A stretch of 64,000 bases of DNA from an uncultured Haloferula sp. (GTDB lineage Bacteria; Verrucomicrobiota; Verrucomicrobiia; Verrucomicrobiales; Akkermansiaceae). The DNA is taken from assembly GCA_965652295.1 (NCBI GenBank), contig CBFGTS010000001.1, forward strand, positions 588,493 to 652,492, read 5' to 3'. The translations under genes were made by a program, and so were the position numbers. The notes below the pieces were generated by a model. It worked only from the letters and a program-made list of their open reading frames with translations. It did not search any database and was not told the DNA's origin. Of the stretch, positions 27,652-38,139 are shown piece by piece. Positions within the stretch are counted from its first letter, which is position 1; every line of letters starts with the position of its first letter.

Positions 27652-28419
27652 TTAGCGGCGACGGCGCAGCCCGAGAAGCAGCAGTCCCCCCGCGGCCAAG
27701 GCGGATGTGGTCGGCTCCGGCACCGAGTAGAGGGTGAAGCCGGCGAGGTGAGTGTCGGCATTGCCAACAATGTCGGTTGCCTGGACGAAAATGTCCTGGA
27801 AACCGGCGTCGGCCGTGAAGGTGAACATGGACATCGTGGCCGAGGTCTGGGAGAACGATCCGGATGTGCCGCCACTAAAGGTGCCGGCGCTGAAGGTGTC
27901 CCAGTAGGCTTGATCGCGATCGGCTTGGCGGGCATCGGCGGAGAACAGCGAGATCACATAGTCCTGGCCGATGGTAAGCCCCGCGACGCGCAAGCCCAGG
28001 GGCTGGACGGCATCGCTGCCGTCGTTGTGCCATGCGTTGGTGCGCAGGACCGTGTCGAACTGCGTGTCACCGGTGGTGCCGGGGAACAGGGCGTTGTTCG
28101 GACCCTGGCCGACGCCATTGTAGATGGTGGTCGATGACGAGGGGGCTGCCGGCATGTTTTCGTCGTTGTCCGTCGCGCCGAGGGCGAAGGTGATCGCTTG
28201 GCCGCCCGGGGTGTTCACCGTCTGGGCGCTGCCACCGAACGTCGCGGCTTGTTCGAACGTGGCTCCTGGGAAGAGAACCAGCGGCTGGTCCAGAACGGCG
28301 TCCGAGGTGATGGTTGTGTTCGAGATGTGGCTAATGGTGGCTGCGTTGATGCCGACGGTGCAGGCGGCAAGAGCACAGATCGTGTTCCTAACAGTTGATG
28401 TATTCATTGGTGTTTTCAT
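27652..28419 (-). CDS. PEP-CTERM sorting domain protein carrying a divergent domain B
   Basis: Signal peptide. TITSDA, FDTVL..AW, GQDYVISLFSADAR and TFTADAGFQDIFVQ match domain B. Ends VPEPTTSALAAGGLLLLGLRRRR. Confidence 0.9.
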   Translation of the reverse strand: MKTPMNTSTVRNTICALAACTVGINAATISHISNTTITSDAVLDQPLVLFPGATFEQAATFGGSAQTVNTPGGQAITFALGATDNDENMPAAPSSSTTIYNGVGQGPNNALFPGTTGDTQFDTVLRTNAWHNDGSDAVQPLGLRVAGLTIGQDYVISLFSADARQADRDQAYWDTFSAGTFSGGTSGSFSQTSATMSMFTFTADAGFQDIFVQATDIVGNADTHLAGFTLYSVPEPTTSALAAGGLLLLGLRRRR

Positions 28420-28459
28420 TGGGGGTTGGGAGAGCAGGTGGAGCGGATGAGGGAGTGTT

Positions 28460-30817
28460 TCATGGGGCCGGGACCGCGTCCGCTTGGAGGAAGCCGCGAT
28501 CAGGAAGGCCTTCGGAGGCGGTGAGGCGGAAGGTGTGCAGTTCGTAGTCCGGGTTGGTGGAGGCTGTAGAGCCGACGTGAGCGACGGCGCTGGTAAAGGC
28601 ATCAAGATCCAGCGAGCCGCGGACGGTGTAGGTGACTCCGTCGATCGTGGCGATCTGGGTGCCATTCGCACCGGGGCCAAAGGTGGCACCATTGCGGACC
28701 GCGATGGTCATCGTGAGTTCGTCCTCGCCGCTGGTATCGGTATCTTGAAGCGATACGCCGCTGATTCCTTTGTCCGCAGCATTCTGCGGGTCGCCGCCGA
28801 AGGCGAACTCGCCGAAGTTGTTGAGACCGTCGCCATCGTCATCGTCCGAGGCGTCGTTGACATTCGGGTCGAGGCCGTTGGCGTTTTCCCAGTCGTCGGG
28901 GAGTCCGTCGCCGTCCGTGTCGCCAGCCGGCAGGGTGCGCAGAACATAGGCATTGAGGGCGACGGGGAAGTCGGTCTCACCGGTGGTGTTCTGGATGAAG
29001 ATGTCCATGTAGCCGGCGGAGGTGGCGGTGAAGGTCCCGATCACGTATGAGCTCGCAGGGGTGAACGTGGGGTCGGAGGCATTTCCGAGACCGTCATGGA
29101 AAAGCTGCCCGCGGCCTGCGCTGGCGGCGCGGTCGTCGGAGTGGAAAAGCTGGATGCGGTACTGCGTACCCTCGACGAGGGGCGTGCCACCTGCGCCGGT
29201 GACGCGGAGCACCATATCCGTCGCGCCCGGGGCGGGACCCGCATCGGGCGAGTCCTCCCAGGCGAAGCCATCCAGGACGGAATCGAATTCCACGGAAACC
29301 GAAGTGCCCGAGGCGTCGAAGACCGGGGCGCTTGAGTGGCGACCGTTGGAATTCGCGATCACCCGTGCTTCCTCGCCTTCGAGGAGGTCGCCTGCGGCTT
29401 TCTGGGATTGTCGGTTGGCGAACAGGATCGACTGCGCTCCCACGGTGACGGTGACGTTCTGATTGTCGGCGCGGAAATTGCCCGCGTGGACCAACGTGCC
29501 GGAGGTCAGGATGTCGGTGTCGGCAGTGACGGCGGCGGGCGTTCCCCAAGTCACCGGAGCGATGCCGGGGTTAGGGTCCGCGGGATCGGTGGGATCGCTA
29601 TCCGCGAGCCATTCTTCGAGGTCGCTCACGGTGTCGTCGTCAAAGTCCCCGGTGCCGTCGCGCGAGGTGTCGAAGAAATAGAATTCCTCCCAATAGTCCC
29701 CCATGCCGTCGCCCGTTCCGTCTTCGGCATCCAGTGAACTCAGACGGTCGGTGGGATCGGTCCCGTCCGCCAATTCGTCGTCATTGAAGCCGAAGTCGCC
29801 ATCGGAGTCGTCGAATGGATTCGCGGAGAGGTCGCCGAAGTAGGTTTGTTCCCACGAGTCGGGAAGCTCATCTCCATCAATGTCGCCGGGAACCGAGAAA
29901 GGGTCCTGGGGATCGGAACCCGCTTGGTATTCCTCAAGGTTGGTGGCCTCATCGTTGTCCGGATCGCCGGCACTGCCGTTCGGACCGTCTTTGGCTCCGG
30001 GTGAGGATTCGCCGGTGGTGCCATCGTCCTCCGGGTCGAGGCCGTTGGCCACTTCCCAGATGTCCGGCAGGCCATCATTGTCGAGGTCGTTGGGATTGAT
30101 CGCGCGCAGCACGTAGGCGTTGATGCCTACCGGAAAGTTCGTTTCCCCCGTGGTGTTCTGGATGTGGACGTCCTGATAGCCGGTGGCGTCTGCGGTGAAC
30201 GTTCCGATGGTCTGGGTGCTGTCGCTTGCCAGGAGCGAATCACTGCTGTTTCCCGCGCCATCGTGGTAGAGCTGCCCCCGGGTCGAGCTGGTAGGGCGGT
30301 CGTCGGAATAGAAGAGCTGGATCTGGTATTCCTGGCCTTCGACCAGCGTGCTCCCATTGGGGCCCGTCACCCGGAGGATCATGTCCGTGGCGCCAGGTGT
30401 CGGACCCGCGTCGACGTTTTCCCACGCGGAGCCGTCGAGGACGGCCTCCAGGTTCGGGGAAACGGTGGTTTCCGTGGCGTTGAAAAGGCCGGCATTCACC
30501 TGACGCCCTCCTGAGCCTGCGATCACCCGGGCTTCCTCGCCTTCGAGGAGTTCGCCGGCGTCGTTCTGAGCCTGCCGGTTTTCAAAGAGGATGCTTTCGG
30601 AACCCACCGATACGGTGAATTCCTGATTGTCCGAGCGGAAGTTGCCGGCATGGACCAGCAGGCCGACCAGGTTGACGTCGGCATTGTCGGTGACGGTCGC
30701 CGGTGTCTGCCAAACGATGTCGGCTGCTGAAGCCACTGAACAGACGGCGGCGAGGACGAGCAGGTGGGGACGTGAGGACCGGGGTGCGCGAGGGAGCACC
30801 TGAGAGGGGTTTTTCAT
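28460..30817 (-). CDS. Secreted protein: domain B, Ca-binding DxDxDG repeats, domain B, C-terminal domain (alternative start 30844)
   Basis: Signal peptide ...VASAA. Two copies of W.TPA.VT...LVHAGNFR...SDDR...NAYVLR. D.D.DG repeats. Ends RGFLQADAVPAP. Confidence 0.88.
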   Translation of the reverse strand: MKNPSQVLPRAPRSSRPHLLVLAAVCSVASAADIVWQTPATVTDNADVNLVGLLVHAGNFRSDNQEFTVSVGSESILFENRQAQNDAGELLEGEEARVIAGSGGRQVNAGLFNATETTVSPNLEAVLDGSAWENVDAGPTPGATDMILRVTGPNGSTLVEGQEYQIQLFYSDDRPTSSTRGQLYHDGAGNSSDSLLASDSTQTIGTFTADATGYQDVHIQNTTGETNFPVGINAYVLRAINPNDLDNDGLPDIWEVANGLDPEDDGTTGESSPGAKDGPNGSAGDPDNDEATNLEEYQAGSDPQDPFSVPGDIDGDELPDSWEQTYFGDLSANPFDDSDGDFGFNDDELADGTDPTDRLSSLDAEDGTGDGMGDYWEEFYFFDTSRDGTGDFDDDTVSDLEEWLADSDPTDPADPNPGIAPVTWGTPAAVTADTDILTSGTLVHAGNFRADNQNVTVTVGAQSILFANRQSQKAAGDLLEGEEARVIANSNGRHSSAPVFDASGTSVSVEFDSVLDGFAWEDSPDAGPAPGATDMVLRVTGAGGTPLVEGTQYRIQLFHSDDRAASAGRGQLFHDGLGNASDPTFTPASSYVIGTFTATSAGYMDIFIQNTTGETDFPVALNAYVLRTLPAGDTDGDGLPDDWENANGLDPNVNDASDDDDGDGLNNFGEFAFGGDPQNAADKGISGVSLQDTDTSGEDELTMTIAVRNGATFGPGANGTQIATIDGVTYTVRGSLDLDAFTSAVAHVGSTASTNPDYELHTFRLTASEGLPDRGFLQADAVPAP

Positions 30818-31099
30818 GAAAGCGTTCAGAGGGATGGATTTCATGAGGTAACGCGCTTTTGCAGGGTGCGAACCTGCCACCGTTACCGAATTTTTTTGGC
30901 TCGCGGTCAGATGTCCTGGTGGCTTTCGAGCAGGTGCCGGCCTCCATCCGTGACCTGGATGGCAAATGGGCCAGCCGCTGAGATGGGCGGTGAAATGCGT
31001 TCGCCGGGAGCCACCGGGGAAGGCCGCCGACAGGGACCGCTCCCCGGTGGACACGTTCCGCCGCTCCTCTTGCATGAGGAGCTGGGGGAGCGAATGCCG

Positions 31100-33346
31100 C
31101 TACCGCGGAGAGGAGAGATCTTCCGTCACTTCGGCTGCCGGGATGAGATCGGATGCCTCCTCGGTCAGGATGCGTGCGAAAAGCCAGTCATACCACCGAC
31201 CGGCATTGCCCGCGTCTTCGGTGAGGGATGTGGAGAACTTGGCATCGACGGCGGTGCGGGCGGACTTCAGGTGAAGCGACGCGGTGGGAATGTCGTCCAG
31301 CCGGAGGTAGCACATCGCCAGGATGGCATCGTAGGTGGGACGGTGGGCCATGCTAGCGGTCGAGCCGCTCTTGGCGGTTTTGGCGATTTGGATCGCGCCG
31401 TGATTGTCGCCGGTCCGGTAGAGCCAGAGGCAGGGGGCGATGCCGGGCCATCCGGTGCTTTGGCCGGTCGGAATCGTCGTGAACCAGTGCCGTGACGAAA
31501 CCGCGAGGGGTTCGAGGCTCTCTTCGAGCTGCGGCGTCAATGGACGCAGGAGGCAGGATTTCAGAAGCCGGCTGGCTTCATCGCCACCATGGTGCTCTTG
31601 ATCCGAGCTACTCACCGCAAGGCAGAAGCGGTTGTACCTCTCGAAAGCCCCCATCTCGACCAACAGTACCCCGTAGGCCTGGCAGTTGAGCGTGACGGTC
31701 TGCCACGGGTCGAGAGTGTCGATCTCGAACAGCCACTCGAAACACTTTCCGGCCTCCTCCCAGCGTTGCTGGGCACCGAGCCATTGACCCACGTCGCGCA
31801 AAGCGGTGACGGCGTCGAGACTTGGTTTGCGCGGCGGGGCGTCGATGCGGCCGAGCACGAGGGCCGCCGCTTCGAAGTCGTCTTGGCGGGTCAGGGCGAC
31901 TGCTTCGGTGAGCTGTTCGCGGACTTCGGCGTCGCGGCGAAGCTTCGCTTCCTTGGTGAGCGCCCACTCGGCGGTCTGGCGCAGCTCGGCTTGGCGCAGC
32001 TCGGCCCTTTTCGCCTTGATGTAGAGCACGGTGGAGGTCCCGAAGCCGGCGGTCAGGACGATCAGGATCAGCGCCCCGGAGGCGAAGACGACGCGATTGC
32101 GCCGGATGAGCTTGCGGAGGACGTAGAGATGGCCGGGAGGGCGTGCGGCGATCGGCTCGTCTTGGAGAAACCGCTGAAGGTCGAGCGCTAGGCCGTTGGC
32201 CGTGTCGTAGCGGCGGGTCCGGTCTTTCTCCATCGCCCGCATGATGATCCAATCCAGCTCTCCTCCGATCTTCGTGGCGGTTTGCGCCGGGTCGGGGGAA
32301 GCGGAAACTCCGCCATTGGGCAGCGAGGCTTTCCTTTTTTCAGCCAGGAGAACGGACGGTCGTTTGGGTTCGCGCCCAAGGAGCATCTGACGGATTTCAA
32401 CGGCACCCCTGTTGGCACGGAATTCGGCGTCAAACGGCGGACTGCCGGTGACGAGTTCGTAGAGCAGGGCTCCGAGGCTGTAAATGTCGCTCCGCGTATC
32501 GATGTCCGCGTCACCGATGGCGGCTTGCTCCGGGCTCATGTAGGAGGGGGTGCCGAGAAGCTGTTCGTGCTGGGTGTGAAGGGTTTCGTCGGTGAGCCTG
32601 CCTTCAATGGCTTTGGCGATCCCGAAGTCGATCACTTTGGGGACGGGGACGCCGTCCTGCTCGGCGATGAGCACGTTGGAGGGTTTGATGTCGCGGTGGA
32701 TGATCCCTTTCTGGTGCGCGTGTTGGATGGCGCGGCATACTTGGATGACCAGCTCCACGCGTTGCCGCAGCGTGCAGCCATGTTGGTGGCAGTAGTCGGT
32801 GATCCGCATGCCGCGGACGAGTTCCAGCACGAAATACGGCCGGCCGCGGGTGGTGGCTCCGGCGTCAAGGACACGGGCGATGTTGGGGTGGTCCATCATG
32901 GCCAGCGCCTGGCGCTCGGCGTCGAAACGACGGATCACGCTGCGGGTGTCCATGCCGAGCTTGATGACCTTGAGCGCGACGTGGCGCTTCACGGGCTCCG
33001 TTTGCTCAGCCAGGTAAACCTCGCCGCACCCTCCCTTGCCGAGGCTTTCCAAAAGGGTGTAGGGACCGATGCGGGTGCCGATCCGTTCATCCACGACTTC
33101 GAGGTCCTGGACGTCTCCCTCTCCCTGAAGTTCGCGAAGGGCTTCGCCGCTCTGGGCGATGGCGTCATAGCCACGGTCCACGAAATGGTCTCCAGTTTGC
33201 CCGGCGAGGAGCAGTTCCTCGATTGTATTGCGTAGCGCGGGATCATCCTGACAGGCGCGGTCGAGGAACTCCTCGCGTTCCCGCACATCGGAAATGTGAA
33301 GAGCGGCGAAGAAGAGCGCATCCTCAAGTTGTTTGCCGCGGCTCAT
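31100..33346 (-). CDS. Hanks-type Ser/Thr protein kinase with TM helix and helical C-terminal domain
   Basis: GKGGCGEV, VALKVIK, HRDIKPSN, DFGIAK, GTPSYMSPEQ, DIYSLG. Hydrophobic segment VVFASGALILIVLTAGF. Confidence 0.96.
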   Translation of the reverse strand: MSRGKQLEDALFFAALHISDVREREEFLDRACQDDPALRNTIEELLLAGQTGDHFVDRGYDAIAQSGEALRELQGEGDVQDLEVVDERIGTRIGPYTLLESLGKGGCGEVYLAEQTEPVKRHVALKVIKLGMDTRSVIRRFDAERQALAMMDHPNIARVLDAGATTRGRPYFVLELVRGMRITDYCHQHGCTLRQRVELVIQVCRAIQHAHQKGIIHRDIKPSNVLIAEQDGVPVPKVIDFGIAKAIEGRLTDETLHTQHEQLLGTPSYMSPEQAAIGDADIDTRSDIYSLGALLYELVTGSPPFDAEFRANRGAVEIRQMLLGREPKRPSVLLAEKRKASLPNGGVSASPDPAQTATKIGGELDWIIMRAMEKDRTRRYDTANGLALDLQRFLQDEPIAARPPGHLYVLRKLIRRNRVVFASGALILIVLTAGFGTSTVLYIKAKRAELRQAELRQTAEWALTKEAKLRRDAEVREQLTEAVALTRQDDFEAAALVLGRIDAPPRKPSLDAVTALRDVGQWLGAQQRWEEAGKCFEWLFEIDTLDPWQTVTLNCQAYGVLLVEMGAFERYNRFCLAVSSSDQEHHGGDEASRLLKSCLLRPLTPQLEESLEPLAVSSRHWFTTIPTGQSTGWPGIAPCLWLYRTGDNHGAIQIAKTAKSGSTASMAHRPTYDAILAMCYLRLDDIPTASLHLKSARTAVDAKFSTSLTEDAGNAGRWYDWLFARILTEEASDLIPAAEVTEDLSSPR

Positions 33347-33915
33347 GTCATGTCCTCATCCGGGGTCTGCTGGATCCAGCGAGCAAGCCGGGCTTGGGCG
33401 CACACCCAGTGGCGGTACACCGTTCGGACGCCGATATCCAAATAGGTGGCGACCTCCTCGTTGGTCATTCCTCCGAAGAATTTCAGCAGAACGACGCGGG
33501 CTTGCTCGGGATCGTCCTGTTCAAGCTTCGTCAGCGCCTCGTGGATCAGGAGAATATTTTCGGATGGACTGGTGTCCGCGATTTCGATCGCGCCGACATC
33601 GATCCGCTCCTGATCACCACCCCTTTTCAAGCGCGACTTGCGACGGGCCACATCGACAAGGATGCGTCGCATTGCCTGGGCTGCCGCGCCGAAAAAATGG
33701 GCGCGGTTTTCCCACGTGCGATCTCCTTCCCCGACGAGTTGGATCCAAGCTTCATGCACCAAAGCCGTGGCTTGGAGGGTTTGTCCCGGCGATTCCCTGG
33801 CCATCCGCGCCGCGGCCAGAGCACGCAGTTCCTGATAAACGAGCGCGAGCAGCTCGGAGGACGACGCCGGGTCATCCCGGCTCGCCTGCTGCAGCGCGAG
33901 GGTGATGTCGTTCAT
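33343..33915 (-). CDS. ECF sigma-70 factor, Planctomycete/Verrucomicrobial kinase-associated type (TIGR02999-like)
   Basis: LVYQELRALAAARM, TLQATALVHEAW, AMRRILVD, R...KRGG and HTH region 4. ATGA overlap with the kinase gene. Confidence 0.93.
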   Translation of the reverse strand: MNDITLALQQASRDDPASSSELLALVYQELRALAAARMARESPGQTLQATALVHEAWIQLVGEGDRTWENRAHFFGAAAQAMRRILVDVARRKSRLKRGGDQERIDVGAIEIADTSPSENILLIHEALTKLEQDDPEQARVVLLKFFGGMTNEEVATYLDIGVRTVYRHWVCAQARLARWIQQTPDEDMT

Positions 33916-33949
33916 CGGGAAATGGTGACGGTGCTCAGAAGCTGGACGT

Positions 33950-34096
33950 TCACTGTGGCTCAAGGGAAGGGAGCAGCCTGGACTCCTCGCCCTTGGCGAG
34001 GGGCAGGTCGGTGACTTGATCGTACCAGAACATCAGCGGCTCTGCGGCGTGGACGGTGGAGAGCAGGCCGACAGCGGCGGGGAGGCGGGGTTTCAT
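33950..34096 (-). pseudogene. 48-codon remnant of a GH95-like gene (N-terminus joined to C-terminus)
   Basis: Manual translation: MKPRLPAAVGLLSTVHAAEPLMFWYDQVTDLPLAKGEESRLLPSLEPQ*. It has a signal-like start and ..L.FWYDQ (compare GH95 LQLWYPQ), then VTDLPLAKGEE..L.PSL (compare GH95 end [18 protein letters not shown]). Confidence 0.6.
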
Positions 34097-34102
34097 GGCG
34101 GG

Positions 34103-35896
<1,794 letters not shown>

Positions 35897-35923
35897 ATGA
35901 GTGATGATGTCAGGGCGAAAAGT

Positions 35924-38101
35924 TCAATCGTGGTTCTCGGCCTCGATGGCGTCAGAGGCTTCCGTCGTGGCGCTTGCCCGGTCGGAGGCGACCGATTCTC
36001 CGGCGGAATTGACGGCCGAGATCATGTAGTTGTAGGCGAACCCGGGAATGAGATCTTCATCCCGGTAACAGGTGTCCGTTACGTTCGCCACGATGAGGTC
36101 GGGGCCATCGTTCGGGGTGGTTCGCTTGACGTTGTAGCTTTCTGCTCCGGGAACCGGCTTCCAGGAAAGGTCGATCCGGGATTTACCGGCTGGAGATGCG
36201 GTGAGCCCCTCGGGGGCGGCCGGGGCGTTCAGGCCGATGACCTTACCGAGAAACTGGATTTCTGCCACATCGCCTCTGCCGTCAGGCGGAGCGATGTAGC
36301 GGACAAAGCGGAACGGCGTGCTCTCCTCGACGTTCTGCGAGGTCAGCATTTCAGCCTCGGGAGCTTTGCGGACGGTGTATAGATCGACCGCATCACTGAA
36401 GTCCTGCATGTTGGAGCCTTGGAATTTTCCGCCGACCATGCGGGAGGCCGCGTGGACGCGAGGGCAGTATTTGATCTCCGTGATGATGGCTGTCACCCCG
36501 GATCCGAGATCCAGCCCTACCCACGCGTTGTTCTCCGGAGGATCGAAGTAATTGTCCAGCGAGCCATCAAAGACCTCGAACTTGTCGGCCCCGGCATTCT
36601 GGTAAGATCCGTCGGTGCCGATGACCGCTCCGTGAAGCTGTCCGTCGGTCATGGCAGGTGCCGGTTTGCTGTCGGCGCTCTCGCCATCCGCATGGTTGGC
36701 CGAGACGACGTAGTGGTAGGTGGTGCCGGCCTCGAGCCCCGGGTCGACGTAGTGCTGGGTGGGAGCCTGGACCGTGGCGATGGGGGTGAAGGGACCGCCT
36801 ATCGCGGTGGCGCGCTTGACGTTGTAGCTTTTCGCACCGGCGGACCCGGCCCAGGAAAGGGTGATCTGGCGACCCTCGACGTAGGGGCGCAACGCGCTCG
36901 GCACGGCACCCTTCGTGAGCGGTTCGCGGCTGTGGGTCAGCGTGGTGAATCCAAGGCCATCGAACCCACCACTACTACCGCCGTAGTTGAATCCCCCGCC
37001 TTCCGGGCGCGTCTTCTCAGCGAAGCGTCGGGTCCACGGAGCCGACAAGCCGCGGCGGTTGACGTAGTGGTTGTAAATGAGGTCCCAGCCCGGGCGCGTC
37101 ATGCCGCGACCGTGGGAGGATACGGTGGATTGGATCCAGTGCTTCTCCTTTCCGGGGTGCCCGTGAACGTAGTCGTAGGTGACCCATGGGACGTCGTGGG
37201 CGAGGTTGTACTTCGAGATGTATTCGACTCCTGTCAGAAAGCGGTTGTTCTTGGCGCCGTACAGATCGACGCCCTGGTTCCAGGCGATCTCGCAGGTGAC
37301 TCCGAGGAGTTGCGGACCCATCAGGGTGTGACCCTGATCGCGTCCGGCTTCCTGCCATTGCCCCAGGCCGTTGGGATGAACGAAGTGGACGGCGTGCTCG
37401 ATGTTCTCGTTTCCGGCACCGTTGTAGAAATAATCGATAGCTTCATCGAAGATCTTGCGATCGTCGCACAGCACACCGATCGAGATCATGGAGGCCTGAG
37501 CGGCATGCACCCAGTTCGCCCAGTAGTGGGTGGGGACGGTGCCGTTGCGTCGGATGAGAAAATCTTTGTTGATGCGGTAGAACTGCTCCAACATGTAGCG
37601 TTGGAACGCGCGGAAGTCGGACCTTTGCCAGCCCCGGTAGTCGCGCAGCAACTCCGCGGCGCAGGCGAACTGATAGCCGTAGATCGCCGCCCTCAAGCCG
37701 ACGTTCGAGTCGCCCGCCCACTCCTTGTGCTTCGAGGCCCAGGCGTTGAGGATCTCCACCGCCTTATCGGCAAACTTCTTTTCGCCGGAGCCGTGGTAGC
37801 GGAGAGCGAGTTGATAGACTTTGGCGCAATCGCGCGCCAAGCGGATGTAGTTCTCGCCGCCGCCACCGGCCTTGATGGGGGACTGCACACCGGGACCGTT
37901 GTTCACGAAGTTGTCCGTGTTTTTCACCAGCTTGTCCCAGCTGCTCTTCCAAGGCTCCTCACCTGCGGCGACCTTTTCCTTCATCCGGATGAGATCCGCT
38001 TCGGTGGAGAGGCAGCCGGGATGCTTGAAGCCGGCATGCGCGACGGGAAGGAAGGCCAGCGCGACGAGTGCGCCGGCGAGCATGGAGGAAAGTCGGCTCA
38101 T
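35924..38101 (-). CDS. Secreted alginate-lyase-domain (alpha/alpha toroid) protein with FN3 and discoidin-like modules
   Basis: Signal peptide; F.HPG, YWANW, QEAGRDQGH; two FN3 repeats (SYNVKR...Y.VSA) flanking an F5/8-like domain. Confidence 0.75.
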   Translation of the reverse strand: MSRLSSMLAGALVALAFLPVAHAGFKHPGCLSTEADLIRMKEKVAAGEEPWKSSWDKLVKNTDNFVNNGPGVQSPIKAGGGGENYIRLARDCAKVYQLALRYHGSGEKKFADKAVEILNAWASKHKEWAGDSNVGLRAAIYGYQFACAAELLRDYRGWQRSDFRAFQRYMLEQFYRINKDFLIRRNGTVPTHYWANWVHAAQASMISIGVLCDDRKIFDEAIDYFYNGAGNENIEHAVHFVHPNGLGQWQEAGRDQGHTLMGPQLLGVTCEIAWNQGVDLYGAKNNRFLTGVEYISKYNLAHDVPWVTYDYVHGHPGKEKHWIQSTVSSHGRGMTRPGWDLIYNHYVNRRGLSAPWTRRFAEKTRPEGGGFNYGGSSGGFDGLGFTTLTHSREPLTKGAVPSALRPYVEGRQITLSWAGSAGAKSYNVKRATAIGGPFTPIATVQAPTQHYVDPGLEAGTTYHYVVSANHADGESADSKPAPAMTDGQLHGAVIGTDGSYQNAGADKFEVFDGSLDNYFDPPENNAWVGLDLGSGVTAIITEIKYCPRVHAASRMVGGKFQGSNMQDFSDAVDLYTVRKAPEAEMLTSQNVEESTPFRFVRYIAPPDGRGDVAEIQFLGKVIGLNAPAAPEGLTASPAGKSRIDLSWKPVPGAESYNVKRTTPNDGPDLIVANVTDTCYRDEDLIPGFAYNYMISAVNSAGESVASDRASATTEASDAIEAENHD

Positions 38102-38139
38102 TTTTGGTCGGGTGCGTGATCTGAGTGGGTGCATCAAAA

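Noticed and set aside
33983..34003. Hairpin CTCCTCGCC-ctt-GGCGAGGGG as terminator of the fucose operon
   Set aside because: It lies inside the GH95 remnant reading frame, has only a 3-nt loop and lacks a U-tract, so it may be coincidental.
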